From: Candidatus Eiseniibacteriota bacterium
GTDB lineage: Bacteria; Eisenbacteria; RBG-16-71-46
Assembly (NCBI GenBank): GCA_963776245.1
Contig: CAVZLN010000008.1
Span: 320,001 to 384,000, forward strand
Direction: 5' to 3'
Length of the DNA: 64,000 bases
A program made the translations under genes and the position numbers. The notes beneath the pieces are model-generated. The model was not told where the DNA came from. It searched no databases and saw only the letters and a program-made list of their open reading frames with translations. Below, piece by piece: positions 41,122 through 52,856 of the stretch (positions are counted from its first letter, which is position 1; each line of letters starts with the position of its first letter).

Positions 41122-42540
41122 TCAGCCCCCGGAGCCCCACGCCTTGCCGAGCGCGGTGGCGGCCATGCCGACCTCGCTCTCGGTGAGCGTGCGCACGTCG
41201 AGGCGGAAGCGACGGGCGCGGATGGTGCCGATGACCGCGGGCTCGGCGGCGCGCGCCCGCGCTTCGAGCGCGAAGGCGTCGAGCGCCGGGTGGGCGATCT
41301 CGACCACGAAGCCGGGCAGCCGCTGGAGCGGCAGCGCGCCCCCGCCCACCTCGCCGTCACCCTTCGCCACCTGCGCGGTGAGCCCGGGAACGCGTGCGGC
41401 CAGCTCGTGGGCCAGCCGCAGCGCGCGCTCCTCGAGCGCCCCGGGGTCCGCGCCCAGCATGACCAGCGTGGGGATCTCGCGCAGCGCCCGCGCGGGATCG
41501 GCGTAGAGCGGCAGCGTGGCCTCGAGCGCCGCGAGCGCCAGCTTGTCGAGGCGCAGCGCGCGCGCCATCGGGTCCTTGCGGATACGCTCGACCCACTTGC
41601 GCCCTCCCAGGATCAGCCCGGCCTGCGCGCCTCCGAGCACCTTGTCCCCCGAGAACGTCACCACGTCAGCGCCGGCGGCGAGGCTCTCGGCCACGGTCGG
41701 CTCGTGCTCGAGCCCGAACGCGGCGAGATCCACCAGCGCGCCACTGCCGAGGTCCTCGAGGAACGGGATGCGGTGCCGTCGCGCCAGCTTCGCCAGCTCG
41801 CGCGGATCGGGCTGCGCGGTGAAGCCCTGGACGCGGAAATTGCTGCGATGCACGCGCAGGATGGCGGCCACTCCCGGGTGCTTCGCCAGCGCGCGCTCGT
41901 AGTCGCGCAGGTGCGTGCGGTTGGTGGTGCCCACCTCGACCAGCGTGGCGCCGCTCTTCTCCATGATGTCGGGGATCCGGAACGAGCCCCCGATCTCCAC
42001 CAGCTCGCCGCGCGAGACCACGACCTGGCCGCCCGCGGCGAGCGCCGAGAGCGTCACCAGCAGGGCGCCCGCGCCGTTGTTCATCACCGCCGCGGCCTCG
42101 GCGCCGGTGAGACGCGTCAGCCAGCGCTCCACCCCCAGCCCGCGCTCGCCGCGCCGGCCGGTGGCGAGATCGAATTCGAGGCTGGCGTAGCCCGCGGCGA
42201 CCTCCGCCACCGCGCGGCGCGCCCGCTCCGAGAGCGGGGCACGGCCGAGATTGGTGTGGAGCACGATGCCGGTGGCATTGAGCACGCGCCGCAGCAGGGG
42301 CCGGGCCTGCGCCCGGGCGTGGGCGGCGGCGAGCGTGGCGAGCGTCGCGGCGCTCTCGGGCGCCGCGCCCCGGCGAAGCGCCGCGCGCGCGGCGGCGATC
42401 ACCGCGCGCACCGCCTCCACCACGAGCGGGCGCGGGAGCGCCGTCAGCGCCTCGGCGAGCGCCTCGTGGCGGAGCACGGTCTCGACCGCGGGCAGGGAAC
42501 GCAGCGCGGGCGTCGGACGCGAAGCCGGGCGAGGGGTCAA
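41122..42540 (-). CDS. selA: L-seryl-tRNA(Sec) selenium transferase
   Basis: VLNATGIVLHTNLGRAPL, SRGELVEIGGSFRIP, EVGTTNRT, DLGSG, FSGDK, GGGALP. Confidence 0.95.
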   Translation of the reverse strand: MTPRPASRPTPALRSLPAVETVLRHEALAEALTALPRPLVVEAVRAVIAAARAALRRGAAPESAATLATLAAAHARAQARPLLRRVLNATGIVLHTNLGRAPLSERARRAVAEVAAGYASLEFDLATGRRGERGLGVERWLTRLTGAEAAAVMNNGAGALLVTLSALAAGGQVVVSRGELVEIGGSFRIPDIMEKSGATLVEVGTTNRTHLRDYERALAKHPGVAAILRVHRSNFRVQGFTAQPDPRELAKLARRHRIPFLEDLGSGALVDLAAFGLEHEPTVAESLAAGADVVTFSGDKVLGGAQAGLILGGRKWVERIRKDPMARALRLDKLALAALEATLPLYADPARALREIPTLVMLGADPGALEERALRLAHELAARVPGLTAQVAKGDGEVGGGALPLQRLPGFVVEIAHPALDAFALEARARAAEPAVIGTIRARRFRLDVRTLTESEVGMAATALGKAWGSGG

Positions 42541-42802
42541 GGTCCGCTCCTATCGGTGGCTCGGGCGCCGGATCGTGTCCATGGGCCGAGGTTCATAGCA
42601 ACCCGGCAGAGCTTATGCAAGACGGTGGCGAACCACGGCCCGGTGGCCTCCCCGGGGTGCACCCGCGCGGACCCCGCAGGGGTTCCCGGAGCGCATCCGG
42701 TCCACCCCGCTCAGGGGTGCGGATGGCGGAAGAACCGGCCGATAACGGGACCTGAGTCCATTGTCGCCCCCGCAGGGGACCCACCTTCCCGGAGGCCCTC
42801 AT

Positions 42803-45418
42803 ATGCTCCCACGGCAGGGCCATCCCGAGCCCGGACCGGTCTCCACCGCTCCCGCGGAACCCGCGGGGGGCGAAGGCCGGGGCGCGCCCGCGAGCGTCGC
42901 GCCGCGGGAGCGCCCCGACCGCGCGAAGCGCTTCGACTGGATCGGACTGCGGTCCCGGCTCGCACTGCTCGCGGGCCTCGGCGTCGTGGCGGTCGGGATC
43001 GGGAACTACGCCCTGCTCGCCACCCTGACGCGCGAGTGGCTCGACCGCGAACTCGAGGTGCGCGGGCGCACGCTCGCGAGCGCGGTCGCGGCGCGCATCG
43101 CCACGGCCTCGCTGGCGCGCGACCCCGAAGGGGTCCAGCGCGAGCTGCGCTACGCCGCCGGCGAGCCCGACATCCTGGGGGCCGCGTTCCACGCCGCCGA
43201 TGGCACGCGCATCGCCGAGTCCAGCCGGCGCCCGGCGCTCTGGCGGGCACTGCCGTGGAGCGCTCCGCCGGCCACGGCGGATCCCGTCACGGTGCGCGCG
43301 CTGCACGTGGGGACGGAGCACGGCATCGAGGTGATCGTGCCGTTCAGCGCCGATCCCGCGGCGCGGCCGCTCCCGTACGGACAGGTGGGCCCGACGGGGC
43401 CGGGAGCGCCGCCCGCATCCCCGGGCACCGTCCCGGCGGGCTGGGTGCGCCTGCTGGTGTCGCGCGAACGGATCGACGCGGCGATGCGGAGCACGCTGCG
43501 GGTCGGGCTGGCGGTGGTGCTCGCGTCGCTGCTCCTCGTCCTGGTGCCGATCGGGCTGCTGATGCGGCGCATGCTGCGTCCGCTGCGCGAGGCGAGCGTG
43601 CTGGCCCACGAGATCGCGGAAGGCCGCCTCGATCGCCGCCTCCAGGCGCGCGGGAATGACGAGCTCGGCACGCTCGCGCGCTCGATGAATCGGATGGCCG
43701 CCGGACTGGTCCAGGCGCGGGCCACCGCGCACGCCGAGGCGTCGGCGCTGAGGGTCGCGGCCGAGGCGGTGATCGCGATCGCGCGCGAGGCGCGCGTCAC
43801 CTCGGACCCGCGCACCGTGTTCGACGCGGTGGCGGTGGAGCTGCGCCGGGTGACCGGTTGCGCCGGCGTCGCGCTGGTGACGGTGGACCCGGATGCCAGC
43901 GCGCCCTTCGTCCAGCAGGTCGACGGCGCGCCGGTCTGGAAGCGGGTGATCAACTCCTCGCCCCTCGGCAACGACCTGCGCGCGACCCTCGGCGACCCCG
44001 GCGACCGCCCGGCGCGCCTGGTGCTCGGCGGGCGCACCGATGGCATGTCGCGCGAGCTCGCGCGCGTCGGGATGCTCACCGCGCTCATCGTGCCGCTGCC
44101 GCTGGATGATGGGCCACCGTCGGGGCTGCTGATGGTGGCGGAACGGCCGGACGCCTTCCCCGCTTCCGAGGTGAACGTCGTCGCCGGCCTCGCCAGCCAC
44201 CTCTCCTCCGCGCTGCGCGCCTCGCTGTTGCGCGAACGCCTCCAGCGCTCGGTCGACGATCTCGAGAAGACCCGGGCCCAGCTCCTGCACTCCGAGCGCC
44301 TGCGGGTCGCGGGCGAGATGGCGTCCGGCATCGCCCACGACTTCAACAACGTGCTCGGCGCGATCCAGGGGCGCGCGCAATTGCTGCGGCGCCAGATGAC
44401 CGCCGGCGCCCTGGACGAGGTCCAGCTCACGCGCTCGCTGGAGATCATCGAGCAGGCCGCGCGCGACGGCGCGGAGACGGTGAGGCGGCTGCGCCAGTTC
44501 GGGCGCCCCGCCGACTCCGCGCGGCTGGAGCGCGTGAGCATCGGGCTCTCGCTGCGCGAGGCGGTCGAGTACACGCGCACCCGCTGGGAGAACGAGGCGC
44601 AGGCCGCGGGGCGCCGCATCGAGGTGGTGCAGGAGATCGATCCCGAGTCGTGGATCGAGGGACGGGGCACCGAGGTCCGCGAGGTCTTCACCAACCTGAT
44701 CCTCAACGCCATCGACGCGCTCCCCGACGGGGGCGCGATCCGCGTCGGCTGCGTGTCCGCCGGCCCGCTGGTGCGTGTCTGGGTGGAGGACGACGGCATC
44801 GGCATGCCGGCCGAGGTGCGAGTGCGGATCTTCGATCCGTTCTTCTCCACCAAGGGCGAACGGGGCACCGGGCTCGGGCTCTCGGTGGTCTTCGGCATCG
44901 TCCAGCGCCACGGCGGGACGCTCGACGTGCAGAGCCAGCCCGGGGAGGGGACCCGCTTCGAGATGACCTTCCCGCGGGTCGCCCAAGCCGAGGGGACCCC
45001 CGAGATCGCCTCCCTGCCGCAGGCTCCGGCGGCCGGGCTCGATGTCCTGATCGTGGACGACGAGCCGGCGGTCCGCGGGCTGCTGAGCGAGATCCTCGCC
45101 CTGCTCGGTCACCGCGTGGTCGAGCGGGCCTCGGCGGAATCGGCGCTCGAGTTCTTCGAGGGCCGGCGCTTCGACCTGGTGCTGACCGACCTCGGCCTGC
45201 CGGGGATGAGCGGCTGGGACCTGGCGCGCCGGCTGCGGGCCGCGGACCCGCGCGTGACGATCGGATTCGTCACCGGATGGGGCGAGGACGTCTCCCAGGA
45301 GAAGGTCGAGGAGGCCGGAGGGAACGGCTTCATCGGCAAGCCCTTCAGCATCGAGGACGTGGAGAGCCTGACGCGGATGGCCTCCCAGCGCAGCGGGGAG
45401 GATCGCGCCGCGGCGTGA
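42803..45418 (+). CDS. Membrane hybrid histidine kinase (2 TM, HAMP, GAF-like, HisKA, HATPase, REC)
   Basis: GGAGG SD; LRPLRE...DELGTLARSMNRM; AHDFNN; NLILNAIDAL; GTGLGLS; VDDE, DLGLP, KPFS. Confidence 0.92.
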   Translation: MLPRQGHPEPGPVSTAPAEPAGGEGRGAPASVAPRERPDRAKRFDWIGLRSRLALLAGLGVVAVGIGNYALLATLTREWLDRELEVRGRTLASAVAARIATASLARDPEGVQRELRYAAGEPDILGAAFHAADGTRIAESSRRPALWRALPWSAPPATADPVTVRALHVGTEHGIEVIVPFSADPAARPLPYGQVGPTGPGAPPASPGTVPAGWVRLLVSRERIDAAMRSTLRVGLAVVLASLLLVLVPIGLLMRRMLRPLREASVLAHEIAEGRLDRRLQARGNDELGTLARSMNRMAAGLVQARATAHAEASALRVAAEAVIAIAREARVTSDPRTVFDAVAVELRRVTGCAGVALVTVDPDASAPFVQQVDGAPVWKRVINSSPLGNDLRATLGDPGDRPARLVLGGRTDGMSRELARVGMLTALIVPLPLDDGPPSGLLMVAERPDAFPASEVNVVAGLASHLSSALRASLLRERLQRSVDDLEKTRAQLLHSERLRVAGEMASGIAHDFNNVLGAIQGRAQLLRRQMTAGALDEVQLTRSLEIIEQAARDGAETVRRLRQFGRPADSARLERVSIGLSLREAVEYTRTRWENEAQAAGRRIEVVQEIDPESWIEGRGTEVREVFTNLILNAIDALPDGGAIRVGCVSAGPLVRVWVEDDGIGMPAEVRVRIFDPFFSTKGERGTGLGLSVVFGIVQRHGGTLDVQSQPGEGTRFEMTFPRVAQAEGTPEIASLPQAPAAGLDVLIVDDEPAVRGLLSEILALLGHRVVERASAESALEFFEGRRFDLVLTDLGLPGMSGWDLARRLRAADPRVTIGFVTGWGEDVSQEKVEEAGGNGFIGKPFSIEDVESLTRMASQRSGEDRAAA

Positions 45419-45428
45419 GGGGGCGCCT

Positions 45429-46135
<707 letters not shown>

Positions 46136-46139
<4 letters not shown>

Positions 46140-46929
46140 GCCCGGCCCTCCCCGGCGGCGTGCGAGGGTTCGCCGAGGTAGGCCTCGATGACCCTCGGGT
46201 CGGTGCGGATCTGCGCCGGCGTGCCTTCCGCGATCTGGATCCCGTAGTCGAGCACGGCGATGCGGCGGCAGATGCCCATGACCACGCGCATGTCGTGCTC
46301 GATGAGCAGGATGGTGACCTCGAAGCGCGCCTGGATGTCGCCGATCAGGCGCATCAGCGAGCCGCTCTCCTGCGGATTCAGCCCCGCCGCGGGCTCGTCG
46401 AGCAGCAGCAGCCGGGGCCGGCCCGCGAGCGCGCGCGCGATCTCGAGACGGCGCTGCTGGCCGTAGGGCAGTTCGGCCGCGAGGGTGTCGCGCCATCCGG
46501 TGAGGCCGAGCAGTTCGAGCAGCGCGTCGGCGTCCCGGGTCATCGCGGCCTCTTCGCGCTCGAACGCCGGGGTGCGGGCGAGGGCGGCCGCCAGCCCGGT
46601 GCGCGAGTGGTGGTGCGCGGCGATGAGCACGTTGTCGAGGCAGCTGCGCGAGGCGAACAGGCGGATGTTCTGGAAGGTGCGGGTGATGCCGCGGCCGGCG
46701 ATGACGTGCGGGCGCAGGCCCTGGATCGGGCGTCCCTCGAACAGCACCCGCCCGTGGGTGGGCGCGTACACCCCGGTGATCACGTTGAACACCGTGGTCT
46801 TGCCCGCGCCGTTGGGGCCGATCAGTCCCACCAGCTCGCCGCGTCCGATCTGGAGCGTCAGGTCGCTGCAGGCCTTGAGCCCGCCGAACTTCATGGTGAC
46901 GTGGTCCAGCTCGAGCAGCACGTCGTGAT

Positions 46930-46933
<4 letters not shown>
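46136..46933 (-). CDS. livG: Branched-chain amino acid ABC transporter ATPase
   Basis: GPNGAGKTT, RTFQNIRLF, LPYGQQRRLE, DEPAAGLN, IEHDM. Confidence 0.95.
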
Positions 46934-47994
<1,061 letters not shown>

Positions 47995-47998
47995 CGGC

Positions 47999-48901
47999 TC
48001 ACACCTTCTCCGCGACGCTGCGCCCGAGGATGCCGGCGGGGCGCACCAGCAGGATGACGATGAGGAGCACGAAGGCGATGGCGTCGCGGTAGGTCGGCGA
48101 CACGTAGCCCACCACCAGCACCTCGGCCACCCCCATCACCAGCCCGCCCAGCACCGCGCCGGGGAAGTTCCCGATCCCGCCCAGCACGGCGGCGACGAAC
48201 GCCTTGAGGCCCGGCATGATGCCCATGTACGGCTCGATCTTCGGGTTCTGGAGGGCGACCAGCACGCCGGCGGCGGCCGCCAGCATCGAGCCGATGAAGA
48301 ACGTGAAGGTGATGATGCGGTCCACCGAGATGCCCATCAGCGCGGCCGCGGTCGGGTTCATGGACACCGCCTGCATCGCCTTGCCCACGCGCGTGTGCTG
48401 CACCACGGTTCGCAGCGCCACCATCAGGACCACCGACACCACGATGATGATGAGCTGCTGGTTGGACACCGTGACCCCGCCGCCGAGCGAGAGGTTCGAG
48501 GCGCGGATGAGCTGCGGGAAGAACTTCGGGTCGGCGCCGAACACCATGCGCCCGCCGTTCTCGAGCAGCAGCGACACGCCGATGGCGGTGATGAGCGCCG
48601 CGAGCCGCGAGGAGCGGCGCACCGGCTTGTACGCGAAGCGCTCGATGATCACGCCGACGATGCCGCAGCCGAGCATCGCCACCAGCAGCACCACCAGCGC
48701 GCGGGCGAGGCTCGGGTCGCTCGCGGCGCCGATCCAGCGCGCCGAGTACCAGCCGATGAACGCCCCGAGCATATAGATGTCGCCGTGGGCGAAGTTGATG
48801 AGCCGGAGGATGCCGTACACCATGGTGTAGCCCAGTGCGATCAGGGCGTACACGCTTCCCCACGTGATGCCGTTCACCAGCTGCTGGAGGAACTCCGACA
48901 C
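47999..48901 (-). CDS. livH: Branched-chain amino acid ABC transporter permease
   Basis: QQLVNGITWGSVYALIALGYTMVYG, INFAHG, KAFVAAVLGGIG. Confidence 0.95.
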   Translation of the reverse strand: MSEFLQQLVNGITWGSVYALIALGYTMVYGILRLINFAHGDIYMLGAFIGWYSARWIGAASDPSLARALVVLLVAMLGCGIVGVIIERFAYKPVRRSSRLAALITAIGVSLLLENGGRMVFGADPKFFPQLIRASNLSLGGGVTVSNQQLIIIVVSVVLMVALRTVVQHTRVGKAMQAVSMNPTAAALMGISVDRIITFTFFIGSMLAAAAGVLVALQNPKIEPYMGIMPGLKAFVAAVLGGIGNFPGAVLGGLVMGVAEVLVVGYVSPTYRDAIAFVLLIVILLVRPAGILGRSVAEKV

Positions 48902-48908
48902 GCGCGGG

Positions 48909-50117
48909 TCAGGGGTTGACGGTGGTGGCGTACTTCTTCTTCCCCTCCACGATCGCGATCACCACGGCCGGCTTGGTCGCGTTGCGCTTGTCGTCGAGGG
49001 TGATGTTCCCGGTCACGCCGGGGAAGTTGCGCGTCGCGGCGATCAGGTCGCGCAGCCGCTTCTGCGCCTCCTTGCGCTGGGGCGTCCCCGCCTTGCTCGA
49101 GCCCAGACCCTTGAACAGAGCGGGCTGCTCCTCGGCCAGCTTCCCGATCGCGCCGAACAGCACGCGCCCCGCGTCGTAGGCCAGCCCGGCGATGGCGTCG
49201 GGCTCGGCGCCGAAGCGGGCCTGGTACGCCTTGAGGAAGGACTGCAGCGTGGGGTCCGGGTTGTCCGCGGCGTAGTGGTTCGAGTAGTAGCACCCGTTCA
49301 TCGCCTCGCCGCCGATCGAGATGAGCTGCTCGCTCTCCCAGCCGTCGCCGCCCAGCAGCGGGACGGAGAGGCCGAGCTCGCGGGCCTGGCGCGCGATGAG
49401 ACCCACGTCGGTGTAGTACCCGGGCACGAAGATGGCCTGCGGCGCCTTGCCCTTGATGGCGGTGAGCTGGGCGCGGAAGTCCTGATCGCCCGCGCTGTAG
49501 GACTGCTCGATCGGCACGCTGCCGCCGCGCTGCTGGAAGGCGGCGGTGAAGAACTCGGCCAGCCCCACGCTGTAGTCGTTGCGCACGTCCTTGAGGATCG
49601 CGACCCGGGTGAGCTTGAGGTTCTCGGCCGCGAACTTGGCCATCACGGTGCCCTGGAACGGGTCGATGAAGCACATGCGGAAGATGAAGTCGCCCTTCTC
49701 GGTCACCGCCGGATTGGTGGACGACGGCGAGATCATCGGCACGCCCGCCTGCTGGCAGATGGGGGCCGCGGCGATGCTGCGCGACGAGGCCACCTCGCCG
49801 ACCACGGCGAGCACGCGGTCCTGGTTCACCAGCTTCTGCACCACGGTCGCCGCTTCCTCGGGGCGCCCCTGGTCGTCCTCCACCACCAGCCGGACCGGCA
49901 GCCCGGCGATCTTCCCCTCGTGCTGAGCCTGGAGCTCGGTGAGCGCCAGTTCCATGCCGTTCTTGGTGGACTGCCCGAAGGTGGCGTCGTTGCCGGTGAG
50001 GGAGCCGTACACGCCGACGACGAGCTCGTCGGACTTCGAGCCGCCGCACCCGGCGACGGCGAGCGCCAGGGCGAGCAGTCCCGCTCCGGCGAGGATCCGC
50101 ACGATGCGACTGGTCAT
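48909..50117 (-). CDS. livK: Branched-chain amino acid ABC transporter substrate-binding lipoprotein (LivK/LivJ family)
   Basis: Lipobox LAVAGC; SLTG, VEDDQG, GEVASS, PSSTNP, FRMCFID, GGDGW; AGGAGG SD. Confidence 0.92.
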   Translation of the reverse strand: MTSRIVRILAGAGLLALALAVAGCGGSKSDELVVGVYGSLTGNDATFGQSTKNGMELALTELQAQHEGKIAGLPVRLVVEDDQGRPEEAATVVQKLVNQDRVLAVVGEVASSRSIAAAPICQQAGVPMISPSSTNPAVTEKGDFIFRMCFIDPFQGTVMAKFAAENLKLTRVAILKDVRNDYSVGLAEFFTAAFQQRGGSVPIEQSYSAGDQDFRAQLTAIKGKAPQAIFVPGYYTDVGLIARQARELGLSVPLLGGDGWESEQLISIGGEAMNGCYYSNHYAADNPDPTLQSFLKAYQARFGAEPDAIAGLAYDAGRVLFGAIGKLAEEQPALFKGLGSSKAGTPQRKEAQKRLRDLIAATRNFPGVTGNITLDDKRNATKPAVVIAIVEGKKKYATTVNP

Positions 50118-50371
50118 GGTCCGCCTCCTCAGGTGGTGGCAGCGCCGCGCACGGGGGTGAGCCGTGGGGGGCGGAAGGATGGATGGTCGGATGCGATGGA
50201 TGGAGCCGCGAAGTGGTAGCACGCGCGCGCGCGAAGCGGCAAGGCGAATGATTCCCCGGGCACTCCGGGCCCGGGCTCGAACGGGCGGACCCGCGCTCCG
50301 CGGAGATCGCTCGCGCGGAAGGGCGAGCGGGTCTTGTGGCCCGCGCGAGGGCGGTGCTAGGGTGCCCGACC

Positions 50372-52828
50372 ATGAACTCGAGCGCCCGCGCCCGGTCGCG
50401 CGGCAGTCTCCGCGGGCGTCTCCTCTCCGCCCTGGTGAGCGCCGGCGCGCTCGCCGCCCTCGCCGGCTGCGCGCACGTCCCGGCGGGTCCGCCCGCGGGC
50501 CCGCCGCGGCCCGCGCCCCCGGTCCCCGCGCGGCCCCATCCCGGCTACGACGCCCGCCGCGATTCGCTCGACGCGATCGACCTGGCCCCGCTGCGCGGGC
50601 GGCGCGTGGTGCTCGACCCGGGCCACGGCGGGCACTTCCCCGGTTCCATGGGCATGAACGGGCTGACCGAGGCCGCGGTGAATCTCGACGTGGCGCTCGC
50701 CCTCCGCCGGTTGCTCGTCGAGCGGGGCGCGTCGGTGCTCCTGACACGCGAGTCCGACCGCGACTTCCTCACCCCCGCCGACAGCTCATTGCGCGCCGAC
50801 CTCGCCGACCGCATGGCGCGGGCCAACGCGTGGGCCCCCGACCTGTTCGTCTCCATCCATCACAACGCCGACGCGCGCGGCGCGCACGACGTGAACGAGA
50901 TCCAGACCTACTACGCGCTCGCCGACGAAGGGCCCTCCCTGGACGCCGCGCGCGCCATGCACCGGGCGCTCACGCGCAACCTGTCGATCGCCGCGCACCG
51001 CATCGTGCCGGGCAACTACTTCGTGCTGCGCACCAGCGAGGCCCCGGCGATCCTCACCGAGTCGAGCTATCTGACCAACCCCGACGTCGAGGCACGGCTG
51101 GCGGACCCCGGGAAGCGCCGGCTCGAGGCCGAGGCGCTGTTCCTCGGGATCGCCGCGTACTTCGCGCGCGGGGCGCCGGAGATCGACACCCTGGAGGTGG
51201 CACTTTCCCCGCCGGGAACGCCCGCGACAGGGCCCCGGGGGTCCGGCCCGTGGGTCTCGGCGCGCGTCCGCGGCGCGTTCGACCGGGTCGAGATGAGCGT
51301 GGACGGCCGGGCGGTGCCGGCGGTGGTCTCCGGGCGCGCGATCCAGTGGCGCTCGACGCGACCCTTCGAGTCGGGCCCGCACGTCGCGGCGCTGCGCGTG
51401 GGGCTCGCGGGCTCCGGGTGGTCCAGGCTCCGGCGGGCCGCATTCACCGTCCCCATGAGCGTGGGCCGGCTGTCCGTGGAATTCCCCGAGCAGCCCGAGT
51501 GGGATGGCCGCCAGCCGCTCGGGCTGCGCGTGCGCGTGCTCGATCCGGAGGGGCTGCCGGTGCGCGACTCGCTCCGGCTGCGGATCCGCGACGATGGGAC
51601 CCGTCTCGCGGCACCGGCCGACACCGTGGTGGAGGTCCGCGACGGTGTCGCCTGGGCGTACTTCCGGCGCTCCGGTCGCCGGCCCGCGAGCGGCGCCCCC
51701 GAGGTGCGCGTCCGGGTGAGCCTGCGGCCGCGGAAGACGAGCGGCGATCCCGCCGCGCCGGCGCCCCCGCTCATGGGGGCGACCGCGCGGACGCTCCTGC
51801 GCGCGCGCGGCCTGGCCCCGCGGCCCGGCGCCGGGCCCCTTCCGCGCACCGGATTCGCGCGCGTCGCGCCCTTCGACTCCCTGCTGCGCGGCGCGCCCGG
51901 CACGCGCGAGCCCGAGCCCGCGGTGCGCTGGATCAACCGCGACGGCTTCGTGGCACTGCCGCGGGACACGCTCGGCCGCGCCGCCGTGCCCTCCCTGCGC
52001 GGCTACCGGGCGGTGGCGCCCGACACCACCTGGCCGCCGCGCTTCTCCGCCATCGCCGGCGGAGCGCTCATCGGGCGCCGCATCGCGCTCGATGCCGAAG
52101 GCGGTGGCGATGCCGACGCCGGGACCGGACCGAGCGGCGCGCGCGCCGCCGATCTGAACCTCGATGTGGCGCGCGCGCTGTCCGCGTTCCTCGACGCGGC
52201 GGGCGCCGAGGTGCTGCTGGTGCGCGAGGGGGACCACGCGCTCGCGGACATCGAGCGCGTGCGGGCCGCCGAGGCCTTCGGCGCGGAGCGCTACCTGCGC
52301 ATCGGCCACCGCGCCGGCGTCCCGGTGCTCGGTCACTGGTTCGGCAGCGCCGCGGGCCGCGACTGGGCGCGGCGCACCGCCGAGTCGCTCGCGGCGCTCG
52401 GGCTGAGCGCCCCACCGGTCGCCGAGGAGGCCCAGTACACGCTCCAGCAGGTCGGCTGCCCGGCGCTGTACGTCTCGGTGGCGCGGGTGGACAGCGCGGC
52501 TGACGAGGAGCGCCTGCTGGCGCCCGGCGCGCGGCGCGCCGAGGCCTACGCGCTGTTCCTCGGGCTGGCCCGCGAGTTCCTGCCGCAGGCGTCGTTCCCC
52601 ATCGACTCGCTCGAGGTGCGCGACCCCTCCGGCGCCCCGCTGTCCGGCGCGAGCGTGGTCCTGGGCGGCGCCCTCACCGTGCAGTGCGACCGCACCGGCC
52701 GGGTGCGGTTCGCGCGCACCGAGCCCGGGCCGCTCGAGGCCACGGTCATCGATCCGCGGCGGGAGGCCCGGTCCATTCTGCTAGACTCCGATCGGGGTGT
52801 CGTCCTGACCGGGCCGCCCGCGCGCTGA
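50372..52828 (+). CDS. N-acetylmuramoyl-L-alanine amidase (Amidase_3) lipoprotein with a second, degenerate amidase domain
   Basis: Lipobox LAGC; VVLDPGHGG, TEAAVN, LTRESD, VSIHHNA, VLR, PAILTE; later IALDAEGGG...LNLDVARAL...VLLVREGD. Confidence 0.88.
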   Translation: MNSSARARSRGSLRGRLLSALVSAGALAALAGCAHVPAGPPAGPPRPAPPVPARPHPGYDARRDSLDAIDLAPLRGRRVVLDPGHGGHFPGSMGMNGLTEAAVNLDVALALRRLLVERGASVLLTRESDRDFLTPADSSLRADLADRMARANAWAPDLFVSIHHNADARGAHDVNEIQTYYALADEGPSLDAARAMHRALTRNLSIAAHRIVPGNYFVLRTSEAPAILTESSYLTNPDVEARLADPGKRRLEAEALFLGIAAYFARGAPEIDTLEVALSPPGTPATGPRGSGPWVSARVRGAFDRVEMSVDGRAVPAVVSGRAIQWRSTRPFESGPHVAALRVGLAGSGWSRLRRAAFTVPMSVGRLSVEFPEQPEWDGRQPLGLRVRVLDPEGLPVRDSLRLRIRDDGTRLAAPADTVVEVRDGVAWAYFRRSGRRPASGAPEVRVRVSLRPRKTSGDPAAPAPPLMGATARTLLRARGLAPRPGAGPLPRTGFARVAPFDSLLRGAPGTREPEPAVRWINRDGFVALPRDTLGRAAVPSLRGYRAVAPDTTWPPRFSAIAGGALIGRRIALDAEGGGDADAGTGPSGARAADLNLDVARALSAFLDAAGAEVLLVREGDHALADIERVRAAEAFGAERYLRIGHRAGVPVLGHWFGSAAGRDWARRTAESLAALGLSAPPVAEEAQYTLQQVGCPALYVSVARVDSAADEERLLAPGARRAEAYALFLGLAREFLPQASFPIDSLEVRDPSGAPLSGASVVLGGALTVQCDRTGRVRFARTEPGPLEATVIDPRREARSILLDSDRGVVLTGPPAR

Positions 52829-52856
52829 GCGCGTGGCACGCGCTCCCCGGGGCCAG

